DNA of 64,000 nt from Octopus bimaculoides. Lineage: Eukaryota. Numbering within the stretch: the first letter of the stretch is position 1; every line of letters starts with the position of its first letter. The position numbers were made by a program, and so were the translations under genes. Positions 13,075 through 25,879 of the stretch are shown here, one piece after another. The stretch lies in NCBI RefSeq assembly GCF_001194135.2, contig NC_068982.1:110643468-110707467 (forward strand). The letters run 5' to 3'. The notes beneath the pieces were generated by a model that ran no database searches, had not been told where the DNA came from, and worked only from the letters and a program-made list of their open reading frames with translations.

Positions 13075-13081
13075 TATTATT

Positions 13082-14110
13082 TTATGTTTGACTTTTGCTT
13101 TGCATTTGTACAAATTGGCTCCAAGTCTCACCCAGAGACCTCAAGAGACAAGTTCATGTTGGTGTAATGTCTAGGGTGCCATATATTTGGTTTTGTACAT
13201 AGTGTTGTTCTAGAGAATGTTTAAGAAACCATAAGAAAATCATAAGTTTGTTTTAAAATTTGAGATTACATTAACAGTACTCTACGCAGGATATGGGCAG
13301 TTCCCATGTGCACTATCTTTTAAATTTCTGCTATTTTTTTTTGGGGGGGGGGTTTCCTGGTATCTGAGCTAGGTAGCAACCAGCCCCTTTTGCTATCATT
13401 CCTAGGGCACCTATGACAACGGGTATTGTTTTAGTCTTGAGATTCCACATTTTGATAATTTCTATTTCAAGATCTTTATACTTGCTCAGGTTTTGATAGG
13501 TATTGACAGATACATTTATGTCGATTGGGACAGTCATATCAATGAGGAGGCATGATGTTTGTTTGAAGTCTTTCAATATAATGTCTGGCCTATTTGCACC
13601 TATCTTTCTGTCGGTTTGAATGGTAAAGTTCCAGAGGTGTGAGATGTGATAATTTTCAAGCACTGGAGGTGGTTTGTGTTCCCACCAGTTTTTATCAAGT
13701 GGCAAGTCCAGGTTTTTGCAAATTACTCAGTGAATATATTGTGCAGCTCTATCATGCCTGTTGAGATACTTAGTAGGCGGAAGAAGACTGCACATGGAGA
13801 CAACATGATCAATGGCTTCATGTTGTTGTTGACATACACGACATGTTGGGAAGCTGCCGTTCTTTGATATATTGGCCTGGTAGTTCCTTGTAGGTAGGCA
13901 TTGATCTTGGGCTGCTATGATAAACCCCTCTGTTTCTAATTTTAAGCCAGAAGCCATTAGCTATTGATGGGTAAGGGCTTTGTCAACATCGGCATCATTC
14001 GCTCTCTTTAGGTATTTGCCATCGAGAGGTTTTTCTTGCCATTTATAGTAAGAACATCTAAGGCAGCAGTTTTAGCATGGGTTTTCATGTACTTAGCTTT
14101 TTCTGTGCTT
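13082..14110 (-). mobile_element. R4/Dong-clade element 3' fragment G
   Basis: ORFs 13727..13957 (LKLETEGFIIAAQDQ..CRVC..EAIDHVVSMC..RHD, a CCHC knuckle) and 13331..13705 (LWNFTIQTDRKIGANRPDII..LIDM..KYKDL..TIPVVIGALG). Confidence 0.9.
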
Positions 14111-14329
14111 GTTTCTATTATAATATATTATATTTCTATTATAATATTATTTCATGCGCTTAGCTTTTCTGTGCTTGTTTCTATTCTATTATTATTATTT
14201 TGTCCGAATTCTACAAAGACAACACTTATCACTAAGATAATATACCTTTAGCCACCACCCTTAGCTTGTTCTTGGGTTGATGTTAGTAGTGGTTCAGTTT
14301 CCCTATTTAGAACACTGCGAGAAACCAAA

Positions 14330-14400
14330 CCAAGATATTTATCACTCAAATTGGCCATGCACTGACTTTCCAAATAACGCTTCTATTTGTTCTGCATGAA
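14330..14400 (-). mobile_element. Small R4/Dong-like remnant
   Basis: Minus strand HAEQIEALFGKSVHGQFE resembles the K(P/S)xHGQF motif upstream of the knuckle in the other copies. Confidence 0.4.
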
Positions 14401-17400
14401 CACACCTCTTAAACTATATTTTTTTTACTTTATAACTTTCCCTTTTATTAATGAGGCAATGTCGACGTGTGGTCGAAAATAATTTTTGAGTCTAGTCAGT
14501 GAGGTCGATAGGTTTTTATCTTGCGTATTGATGGTAGTGATGATAATAATATCGATCTTTTTCACGTACATTCATTTGTCTGTAGCATTAATTGTTATTG
14601 TGGTGTGTTAGGTTAGAATACGGGTTGTGCTTAGCAATACCACTTTTGGAATGTATGCTCTGTGGCAAACTGTAATATTTTTTATGATTTTCTTCATGTT
14701 CAATTATCATATGCTGTTGCACAAATAAACATTATTGTCTTCTCTTTTATTACCATATCTTATTTCAGTCTAATTTCGAGGTACTCTTCGATATCATTAC
14801 AACCTTCATTAGGAGCAATTTTCTGCTTAAAAGAAATCAGGCTTTATTTTCTAACAAAGAAGTTTTACAGTTCGCTTGTGATAACGTCTGGCAATTTTTA
14901 TTGATTTTTTGTTGTCAGTGTGTGCAACCATTCTTTTCAAAGCCATCCAGCTTTCTCTTTTGATTTTAAAAAGTAAATTGGGGTATTGCCTATGGCTGTA
15001 TTCTGTCATTGTGAATTTGATAGCAAAGTGAAGCACTTTCCATTTAAAAACCAAAGAATGATTACCATAACCACACTCTGTTTCTCCAATAAATATCTAG
15101 TCTCGTGCCGTGTCAAATGATAGCAATGCTAAATTAGTACTAAACTCTGAGTAAATCTAGTTCTGTAATCCATTTTCATTTTGCTTTATGTCATTTCAGT
15201 TATATGGCTAATGCAATTTAAAATGACCCGAACATCAAAGTTTTATTTTCAGAATGTCGTTTCATACTAAAGTAAGAAGCAAGGTGTAACAAAGTATAAA
15301 CTAAAAACAGTCCCCACTCCTTAATATCAAGGTGACTCTGTCAAATAATCCTTTAGGTGAGACTCAATCCATGGCATTTATTTTATGTCAGATGATCATC
15401 TAAAATATCCAAATACATCTCTTCATATCGTAAAATATATTCTAAAATACAATGGCTAGTGTTTCGGTCCAATTTTATGGTGTGAAGCAGAGAAAAATAT
15501 AAATCTTTATCATTTCCACTCAGGCAACATTACTACACTAGTAAAAACTAGAAATTGAGAGTTATTGTTGATATTTATTGCCTGCCATTCCCTACTAAAA
15601 TAATAAAATGCTTAGAACTTTACTGTTGGAACTCTTCTCTTTTTATGAACATTATTAGATGATGTATACCTTTTCAGTTACAAATTAAAATAATCTCAAT
15701 GCAAACTAAACTTGAAGCAAATTAAAACAATCTCAAAAGAAGTTAATATAACCTCGAAACAAATTAAAATATCCTTAGAACAAATGAAATGTTTAAATAA
15801 AAGATAGTAAATGTCTATCCTTTGAATTGCCTGACTTCATGTTTATTTATGGATGACAGAACTCAGTCTCAAAGAAACAGTAGCTTGCCTCAGTCTACAA
15901 GTACAGATTTTTGACGAAATATCAAATAGGGAGGCAAGCAAGACTATACAAGAAGTTTGCACTCGAAACTCATATGTGTATAACGTCTATCGCTGAACGA
16001 GAAGATTGGGAATCTATTGCTATTGTACACAGTGTTAAGAGGATAACAGCATATAATTGGATATACAGAGATCACATTTGCACTACAGGGGTGTTTGTGG
16101 CAAAATATAGGAAACAAATAATCAGGAACATATTAAGTAACTTGTGCTGTTAAACGAATGCACTCAATTAACATTTGAAGACTTTTTGCGAACGTCTACA
16201 TTGAATTTATGGATTGACTGTGTTCCACAAGCTGCAACGTGTTATGTTGAAGTAAGAAATATTTCACTGAGTCAAGTGCATTTACAGTTAGAATGTCTGT
16301 GCTTTGCATTTCCAAAACATGATTTTCATAAACTCCCCTTTTTTAAGGAGTATTACCTGTCAAAGTTAAACTGTAATATATTACTCGTTAAGTAAAGGGA
16401 TTGGGAATATAGTTTGAGATCACTATTTGATGAGAAAAATATTTAATTTGTCCTGAGATTGTTTTAATATTTTACGGTTATTTCAATTTGCTTCATGTTT
16501 ATTTTAATTTGATTCGAAATTATTTTAATTTGAATAAGAAAAGGTATAGCGCTTTTATTGCATCTAGATGAATTGAAAATCTTACAATTAACTAAACAGA
16601 TAACGGAACTTCTGAATGAAATTTGAACTTAAATCATTTCAGTTGAGTGTCTAACGTCTTGTCTAATTTGCCATTCTTCTCCAGCGAACACGTTTCACAG
16701 GAATAATATTTCGTATCCAGGAAAAAAAAAATTTTGATTCCCTTATAATTCCTCCAAAAAGACAACTTAAGTACAATAGTGGTAGAAATTGTCCCTTATC
16801 TTTTATACCTTTACTATTCCTTTCTATACTTCCCCCAGACTCATTGTTTATACCACTAACACAACTGAACAATAGTCACTGAACCCATTTCACCTTCTGA
16901 CTGTATGTCGCTCACTCGATTTGTAAACATTAGGCATCCACCTTCCTCTTCACAATCTTCCTCTTTTCATTATTTCTTTCCAAGCCATCTATTCTCAACA
17001 ATAACCAACATTCAACACTTTAAAGAAACACTCACCGTAAAATGATTACTTCCCCTTCCCACTCTTCTGCTTCAGAAGGACCAACAAAGGTTAAAGGAAA
17101 ACTATTTTTTCTTTGGATCAATACAAGCAAAAAAACAAACAAACAAAAAAAAAACAAAACAAAAACGAAACAATAAATAAACGAATTTCCCTTTCATTCT
17201 CCTTGTTTCTTTCTCATGTAATTGATATTAAGTTGGTTTAATCAACTGCCGATGACAGTGCCTTGTTTTCTGTCTATCTCATGTCAGCTTAGTGTCAGTT
17301 GGCACTCCGATATTTTCGCAGCATTGTTTAATCCTCTTAAAGTTTTAACATTATATAGCTCCTCTACTTGCATAAGTCTCCTCTTTATGACTGACCTTAG

Positions 17401-19749
17401 AAACGATTTCTGATAACATTTTCGGAAAAGTCAACTTGGAGAAGAAAAACCCCACTAAATATTTAGTAAAAATATAAACAAAATTAAAATAAATAACAAC
17501 AAATAAAAAATGAGAAAATGTAAATGGAATAAAACTGATTTTTAGGTTTTTGTATAGAATGTTGAAAGCAAGTGAAATATGCCACGCTTTTGGTTTTAAT
17601 TGTGAAATTATATGTATTTTAGTGGTGTTTTTGATGATTCAAACCAATTTCATTTAAATTGAAAATGACAAAATAATATTTGTAATGGTATGAGTAACCC
17701 ACCTTTATGTAACAATACATTTTACAATATTACATTCATCACACTTTTCTAAATTATATGATAATCAATTGTAGTTGATTTTGAAATTACAATAGTTCAT
17801 TTAATTTTAAAATATTTCTTCAACTGGAAACTTAGGGAGTGTCTGTTATTAATTATCATCATTACTTTTGCAAATTTCAAAATGTTGTGGTAGGGGTAGT
17901 GATGCCGTGTGGTAGGAAAACGTCCTTGGTTTAGGCTGTTAGAAATTCAAGATATCAATATAGACGAGAATAAAAAAGCAATAAGACTATAGTTTAGGAA
18001 AGATACTGTTTGGACATTGAGTTAAATTGTATTATATCTTGGAGAGAAGAATCAATGAGATTGTTGTAGTTGGGAACAACTACAAATATGACAATTGTTT
18101 TACATTCGAGATAAGATATTCTGCAAAAGCTACTGGAAATCTTCATACTTTAATCTTAAGTTATTCCCAGCTAAGTGAGATAGTAGATTAAAATAGATCT
18201 CAATACAAACGGTAGAAACTATAGCGCTTCAGTGGAAAATATGTTATTTTGCCGCAAACAGCGCTGATGAATCAAACTTATTTTGAATGGTTTTCCAAAC
18301 GTAACAATTTCAATCGTTACTTTGATACAGAGTGTTTTTAAAGATAGTTTAACACCACCACGTGACTGTTTTGCGGAATCTTAGTGACAAGTATTTGAGC
18401 CCACCAGTTTCAGAAACTTCGCAGAAAGCTCATAGTCAGTGCCTTTCCGCCACTCGAGACATAAATAACTACATTATTAATGTCTTCTTCCATTTAAAAA
18501 AGTCAAGCGTAATTTGAAAGAGAATTAGCTGTTTTAGTTGAATGAACCACTGCATAGAGATCCCTCTCATTTGTATACTTGCGCTTGCTGTCATGGGTCA
18601 AACCAAATTGCCAAAGAGATGTTTTGAAGTTCCGATAAGGATATAGTTAAATAATTCCTTAAAAATTTCGTAGGTGTTTAAAGCAAACCTAGCGGTGATT
18701 GTTGTAACTTTAGTGTCATAACCTTTGTGGAAAAATGTGTATTTGTTATATGTGCATTCAAATAATCTTTCGTAGCTGATTTTGATGAAATATATCTGCA
18801 CATATAAATATTTTAATTATATTACATGTGTAAATAAATTCTTTCGATGATAGATGTACATATAAAACTGCATATTGTATACTCTCTGGATATTAAAAAA
18901 TATATATTCTCTTACAGAGGCATGTATATGCATAAATATATTTATATATGAGCATGCATATGTTCATTTTTGTGTGGTCTGGAGAAAGGGCTGTGAGATC
19001 TCTAAGCAAAACAGCATCACAAAAACTCATACAAAATTAGAATTCAATAAAGACAAATTAGTATTTGAGAATTAACTTTAGTAATTTAGAGTTGTATTAA
19101 ATTCTTTCGTTAATTTAACTGTCAATTTATCGATATAAGTTTATAAGCTGTGCTGCAGTTGCAGTACTGTTTTAGCTTTCATGTCACCCCTCAGAGTGGC
19201 TCCAGCCACAACCATATCATCTTTTATTCAGACATCGTGTATCTATGACAATATTACCCATATGATGACAAGCTGTGTAAATTGAGGGTCAAATTGGCCA
19301 GCAAGTTGAATAAAGTGTTCTATTTAAAATCTCTACTGTTTTGATGAGATCGAAGTACTTATGAACATTGTAGGAGACTGCAATAATCTGTTTCACAGCG
19401 AATCTTTTGCTGAAGCTCCTTTAAGACAATGTGATTTTAAAATTGTCAATGTTGTTATCTTTCAAATACCTTGTGTCGTTTTATAATGTTCTGGTATTTC
19501 TTTTGTCTTTTCTTTTGTCTACTTATTTACAGTTTAAGTACTTGCTCTGAAACTACCCTTGCACACACCGTAACTCGATAAATTAGAATTTCGACGGTGC
19601 ATAAATTACCGAAGAGGTATAATTCTGTACCTGGCAATTGCATTTATCTCCCTTTCTTCATTATTAGTTTGGTGATAAATGGTTATGAGATTAATTTACG
19701 TGTTTTTGAAGTTGATGGGTGACTGTAATTTGCAATGAAGCTCACAATA

Positions 19750-20250
19750 TTCACAATAGAACTATGGCACTTAAAATCTTGTCGGTTAAATTGCCTCACA
19801 TATTTATGCTCTGTTGGAAACGCTTCTGAATCAGATTTAAACAATTCTTAGGAATACCAGGGCTCACACTGAAGCTGCTATGGTTGAACTAGATTATGTT
19901 GCAGATACGGAACTTTTGCGATGTATATGAGCTTTCCATTTTGTTTCCGATATGTATTGGGATATAAATATGGCAATATTTGTAGTTACTATATTGTTAA
20001 GCTCCAATTCTTTAAAAAAGAACTAATTCTTTTCTTATTTTATCTAGATTATGTCCGCTTATGCTATGTCTAAAATGTTAAATCTAGATCTAAATTTGTC
20101 TTGGATGAATTATTGGGTTAGATCGCAGACTTCAGCTCCTTCTATGATACTCAATGCAACATCAAATTGATCACTGGTATTTCTTATGTATGCAGAGTCT
20201 CTGGTTGAAAAGCAATAACTTTTTGACTTTCTGGTGTACATGATTACACA
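19750..20250 (-). mobile_element. Highly decayed Penelope-like RT fragment
   Basis: Minus strand FDVALSIIEGAEVCDL (about 20120-20166, compare PLE FDVxMGSxDGAEVCEL), followed downstream by TYRKQNGKLIYI (compare YRKPN..YI). Many stops. Confidence 0.5.
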
Positions 20251-22867
20251 TTGACTCATATATACACGATAGTACAAAACACTTTTATGTCAAAGATAAA
20301 TTAAAACCCATAACTATGTGAATTAGAAGTTCGCTTCGCAATAATAACGTAATTCCATATTCGAGCTTACCTGACACAAATGTCTTCTGCCATAGGCTTG
20401 TGTTGACCCGAAAACATTGAGAGAAATTAGATAAACGGAAACTGTATATATTTTTTCGGTAATGGTTTTAATTCATCGCTACTTTAACAGTATTACCTGG
20501 TTATTGGTACCTTTAACGGAGTCCACTTTTTTGGTACGTAAATGGACCAGCTCTCCGGCCTGAGATTAACCCATGAGTCGTAAACTGTTCTTCCATTTCC
20601 CCCACAAGTTTCAGACGTCCTGCAAAAAAAGGTCATGGATGCTGGCTTTTTTAACTGACTAAGCAATAAAAAAAGAGAGAAATTATATTTATTACCGACT
20701 CTAAAGTTCCTAGGAAATCATAACTTGGAAACAGTAATCACTGATTCCTTAGTCACTCTCAGTACATTGAATACATAACTAAATTGTTCTTTTTTTCCTT
20801 CATTGAGTTGCCGTATTTCAATGTTTTCTTCATCAACCTGCAACAGTTTAGGTGGATAATCATCAATATTCACACTGTCTTTTTAAAAAAATTTCTTTTA
20901 AATAAGATTTTGCCACAATGGCATAGCTTGTTTAAGTATACTAATGATAGTGAAACAGTAGAATTCAAAGACACTAGTAATGGTTTGCGTCGTTATACTA
21001 ATAATATAGGATGGGGCTTAAACATTTAGTGTAGAAGGCCTAACATCTTTTAATTAATTAAACTTATAACCATAGGAAAGAAGAAAATCATTAGCTTTAA
21101 TCTTGATTTATACACAAGAAATGTTAGAGAGAAACATTGAATGGGGCAATGTTGAGGGAACTGAACCAGTCGTTTGGGTTACAGTTCTGGACATGCTTCG
21201 GTTTACTCAGTGAAGTATAACCTTACCAGTATCTGTCAGATCATAAATGACTTAAAAGTTAAAACAGACTCGTCATTTTCATTTCTACGAACACTTGTAT
21301 CCAAATATCATGAAAATATTAAAAATAGTTGAGATTGAAACTGATTTGAATTCCTTAGTGAATACTTAATTATACTATTTTATAGAATTAAGGAGGTAAA
21401 AAATTCTTGTCCAATTTTTCTGATAATATCTATGCCAGATTTGACTCTATTTTTTGCATAAGATTTATAGATATGTTCGAGTTTTACTTGCTTCGTAAGC
21501 GAGTTAGTCTGAAATTATGTTTGAACAAAGAGGATTAAATGATAGAAACATTGTGATCATTAAGACACACACGATTGTATACCCATTTATTGTATTATTT
21601 TGCGAAATAATAATAATAAATTACTAAGTATTATACACTTGCGATCTGGGCACTGATACTATTTTATGGTATCTATTATGGTAATATATTTTCATCAAAC
21701 TGTACAGTCCATGAAATTGATTATTTCGGGTTTACCTCTCTCACCTCACATAAGTCAATTTAGATATTCTGTTACATTAATGCTATAATTTCAGAAGGTT
21801 ACATCCACAGTCGATTAGGCGTCGTATTACTCATTGAGGTACCATGTTACTCAGTGAGGCGCCATGTTACTTAGAGATACGCTGTATCACTTTGTGGAGT
21901 GCTGTGTCACTCCCTGTACTGAAAAACAGATAACTGTTTTATAAGTTCTATAACAAGATCGGTAGAGCACTGGGCAAAATATCTTGCGGTGTTTAGTAAC
22001 GTTTTATTAAGTACAAATCCCACTGGGATAAATTTTGCCTTTCATCTCTCCAAGATTCATAAAATAAAGTTCCAGTAATATATTGAAGTTTCAGTCAATG
22101 GATAATACTAATTTTCTATAAATTTGTTGTCCTTTGTGGCAACGTAAGAGATCCTAGTTTCATAAGAACTGTCTTTGTGTTGAGTTTTTGCAAGAACCGT
22201 CTTTTATAGCCTGACCGAAATCAAAGTTTTAAGCACAAATTAGTTGAGAGTAAAAGATTATTCTAAATTCTATTTCGAAATATTATTTAATTTATTTCAC
22301 GAATGGCGGAACCTGCATCTATCATCTTTGAGGAAACAAATAGATTGCATTCATATTTAACTGCATTAAAGAAAATGGAACATTCAGCTATTATTTTGTA
22401 TCTCGTCTAGAATTTCCCTGGGTGTTGCCTCCGAATCTTTCTTCTGTTTCATAAACATCCTTTTAAAAAATACTAAACCGATATAAATAATGCCTCATAG
22501 CAATCTTTTATCTATTTAGTCATGTATGTAATTTTAATCAGCGCAGTTAAAATTCTTTATCAGAAATTGACCTACAGGAATTAAAAATCAGTCAAGATTA
22601 AATTTTCTCATTTTTACCCATATATTATAATTAGTTCATGCTTTAGTGGCGTGGGGAATTTTATTTTTTCGTCTTGTTTGAGCTATAAAATAGTAGCACA
22701 CTTTTCCCGAGTTCCGTTCAATCGACTATATCTCCTTCCCTCACGTGTGAGATTTTGTGTTTATTTTTCTTCAGAAACCCCGTTGGACCAAATAGAAGCC
22801 ATTGGTGACAGAGAACAAATGTTTGACTGAGTGAAACAGCGAGCAATAAATGTATAAAAACTATAAG

Positions 22868-22913
<46 letters not shown>

Positions 22914-22969
22914 NNNNNNNNNNNNNNNNNNNNNNNNNNNNNNNNNNNNNNNNNNNNNNNNNNNNNNNN

Positions 22970-23004
<35 letters not shown>

Positions 23005-23319
23005 TGTGTGTATGCTGAGGGCTCTATAAAAAATTCAGGTAAAAGCTGCATGAAAGTATATTTCATGTGAGGGCTTCATGGAAAAAATAGGTTTCTGGCG
23101 CGTATTTAACTCGATTTTCCTTTCAAGCTAAATATACTTTATACAACTTGAAATAATTCATATCTTACCATTACTTATTCTTCTTCTCTGATAATCAGAA
23201 GCTTTGTTCTTTTATTCCTTTATTCGTTTAATGATTTCAGCTATTTAGCTGTAGTCATGCTGAGGTGCCATCGTTTACTTATTTATAATCTATATTTTAT
23301 TTCTTGCATAATCACGAAC

Positions 23320-23545
23320 AGTAAATTAGCAGAATCGTTATAGGTCCGGAAAAAATTCCGCGGCAACACTTGTCCTGGCCCTTTACTCTGAGTTTAAATC
23401 CTAGTAAAAATCAGGTTTTCCTTTCATCTTTTCGGGGTCGATAAAATAAAATACCAGTCAAGCTTTTCACTTGTATACTTTATTTAATCAGCTATTTTAA
23501 TGCCCACAAAGTTGTTGGAAGTGTGCTTAAATTTGAAACAATTAT
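23320..23545 (+). mobile_element. SINE family 1 copy (diverged)
   Basis: gcagaatcgtta..ctgagtttaaatcc..ctttcatcttttcggggtcgataaaataaaataccag. Confidence 0.7.
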
Positions 23546-23824
23546 TTGTATAAGTATGTATATGTTTAGAGATGCTATAAATTATATTTTCAGTAAAAGC
23601 AAAGACTATAAAAATAAATAACTGAAGAGAATGGGTGAATCAAACAACTTAAGTGACATGATTCACCTTAGTATAGTTAAGACTATATGGTTTCCATCGA
23701 AATCTATGTAGAAGACTAATATTTAATCTCTATTAATATGGGTTTGGCAGCATTAATTACATAATACGCACAAGATAGTCAGTTCTGCACACACAGTCAG
23801 TTCTGCACACACTGAAGCACAAAC

Positions 23825-24060
23825 TTAAGGCGGCGAGCTGGCAGAAACGTTAGCACGCCGGGCGAAATGCTTAGCGGTATTTCGCCTGCCGCTACGTTCT
23901 GAGTTCAAATTCCGCCGAGGTCGACTTTGCCTTTCATCCTTTCGGGGGTCGATTAAATAAGTACCAGTTACGCACTGGGGTCGATATTATCGACTTAATC
24001 TGTTTGTCTGTCTTTGTTTGTCCCCTCTGTGTGTAGCCCCTTGTGGGTAGTAAAGAAATA
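23825..24060 (+). mobile_element. Intact tRNA-derived SINE (family 1, Deu/Nin-like central domain) with 18-bp TSD
   Basis: Head ggcggcgagctggcagaaacgttagc..gagttcaaatt (A/B boxes); core ggtcgactttgcctttcatcctttcggggtcgat..aagtaccag. TSD acacactgaagcacaaac at 23807-23824 and 24061-24078. Confidence 0.9.
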
Positions 24061-25835
24061 ACACACTGAAGCACAAACATATATTTCGTCTGCATCTATA
24101 ATAAGTTAAGGTTAAACATTTACCTAGAGAAAGCCAGTACCACGATTCTGGTTCTTATTAGATCTTATGCAACCAGAGTTACATATTCTTGGAATATTTT
24201 GTTACTGAGTTGTTTAGCCTATCTAAGTACTAATCGGGGAAATTTGACTTTTGTAGCTAGCATGACTCTTGAATTAGATAGTAGAATCTATAGGTATCTG
24301 GAATTTATTATCTGTAAATTTAAATCACTCTTTTCTAGCACATGATGTTACGTAACTATAGTTTGACATTTGATATATAAATTTCATTAGAAGTGCAGTC
24401 TATTAAGAGAAGCTTTTCCAAAATTTATGGAATTCATTTATTTTCTAAAAGTATATATGTGGATAGATTTCAGCCCCCAGAACTCAGCTACAAATTAAAT
24501 CTGAATAGCCAGCTCACGTTACTTTTGCAGCCTAACTCCGGCAAACAAAGTCGTAGTCAACCAGTAATGCCTGGAAACGAACTTGATGGGATTCACTATG
24601 GAGTTAGCATTGAAGCGTAATGAGTAGATGCGGCTATATTAAATGATGTTCGCTTTTGTGAACTGGAATACCCAAGTGTTAAGTGATAAGTAATGTCTTA
24701 ATCCATCATGAAGAAAGTAAAGGGTTAGAAAAATTTGAATAAATAATACAAAAGAAAGAAAATATATACGAAATCTGATTTTTATTAACTAAAAATTTTA
24801 ATACATAAATACTTTCGTATAGTCAAGTACACATAAATAAGCATTTGCTTACTTCGTGTCAACCCAAACACCCAAAATATACAGAAAAATCATACGGAAC
24901 ATTCGTACACACAAAGCTTCTATATATAACAACTTGAGAAATATTTCCTTAATTCCTGGTATGAATGTTGATATCTTTAAATTCTAAAAGTAAAATATTT
25001 CAATTGTAATTCACTATCAATGATTTAACTGACATTATTTGAAGAGGAATTAGATGACGAGGACGACGACAAATAAATAGGGGGGAGGGGAAGACGTGAG
25101 GGGTGAGGAGAACAAAACAAGTAGTAAAAAAAAAAGGATTTTTTTAAACGATAATTTACGATTAGAGTTCATTCGTTCTTTTTTTCCAAGTTTATATTTA
25201 TATATTTCATAAATGTATGTTAGTATATGCATATAATTTAATAATTATCTATGTCTGCACTTACGAGTATGTATGACCGAATGTTAATACAACAAGACAA
25301 AGTAATCTGAGCAGTGGATGCAGGATCTATCACAGTGTACAGCTGAGATTCACATTCTGATCTCATTGGTGAGGAACGGGAAGTGAGGTATAAAATCATC
25401 ACTGTTTGGAATGTATAATATATTTCATATGATAGTGGAGCTTAAATGTAAAAGTATCTGTGATATATATATATGTTTGTGGATGCAACCAGCAAATCTC
25501 ACACATTCATATAAAACTTCACTATGAATATGTATATGAATGCTTGTATATTTTATACAGTACGTATTTTAGTCTCATATTTTATCCATTTGAACAAAAT
25601 TATAATACATTTGACTACTATTTCTATTGTTTATTTGTATTTGAATGTTGCATGTATCTTCGTAATATATAAATACTATACTTTTGAGAAACAAATGTTG
25701 ATCTAATTTAGATTCATTTTGTTGTAAAGGTAACTCGTATCTCCGAAATGCCTCATTTGCTGACCGCTTCGATGCGAGATATATTTGCTCAGAGCCTACA
25801 GAAACTCAGTCCAGTGAAACAAATATGGTACGCAC

Positions 25836-25879
<44 letters not shown>

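Larger units (their letters stand above)
10618..13082. repeat. Cluster of long (ATT)n microsatellites: 10618-10688, 12087-12157, 12838-12917, 12992-13082
   Basis: Direct reading; these explain the poly-I/L/Y/N ORFs in the track. Confidence 0.95.

Noticed and set aside
15845-15870. CLFMDD peptide resembling an RT catalytic motif
   Set aside because: It is isolated, with no flanking RT motifs in register.
21045-21062. TTAATTAATTAA as an Lhx3 autoregulatory site
   Set aside because: Such motifs are expected by chance at this AT content; there is no independent support.
21827-21920. 20-bp periodic array (ttactcattgaggtaccatg and variants), superficially CRISPR-like
   Set aside because: It is a degenerating tandem minisatellite of 4-5 units without unique spacers, in a eukaryotic context with no cas genes.
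24393-24660. GC-elevated island with a 75-aa ORF as a possible exon of another gene
   Set aside because: It uses a non-ATG start, has no recognisable domain and has no convincing splice pair in any frame I checked.
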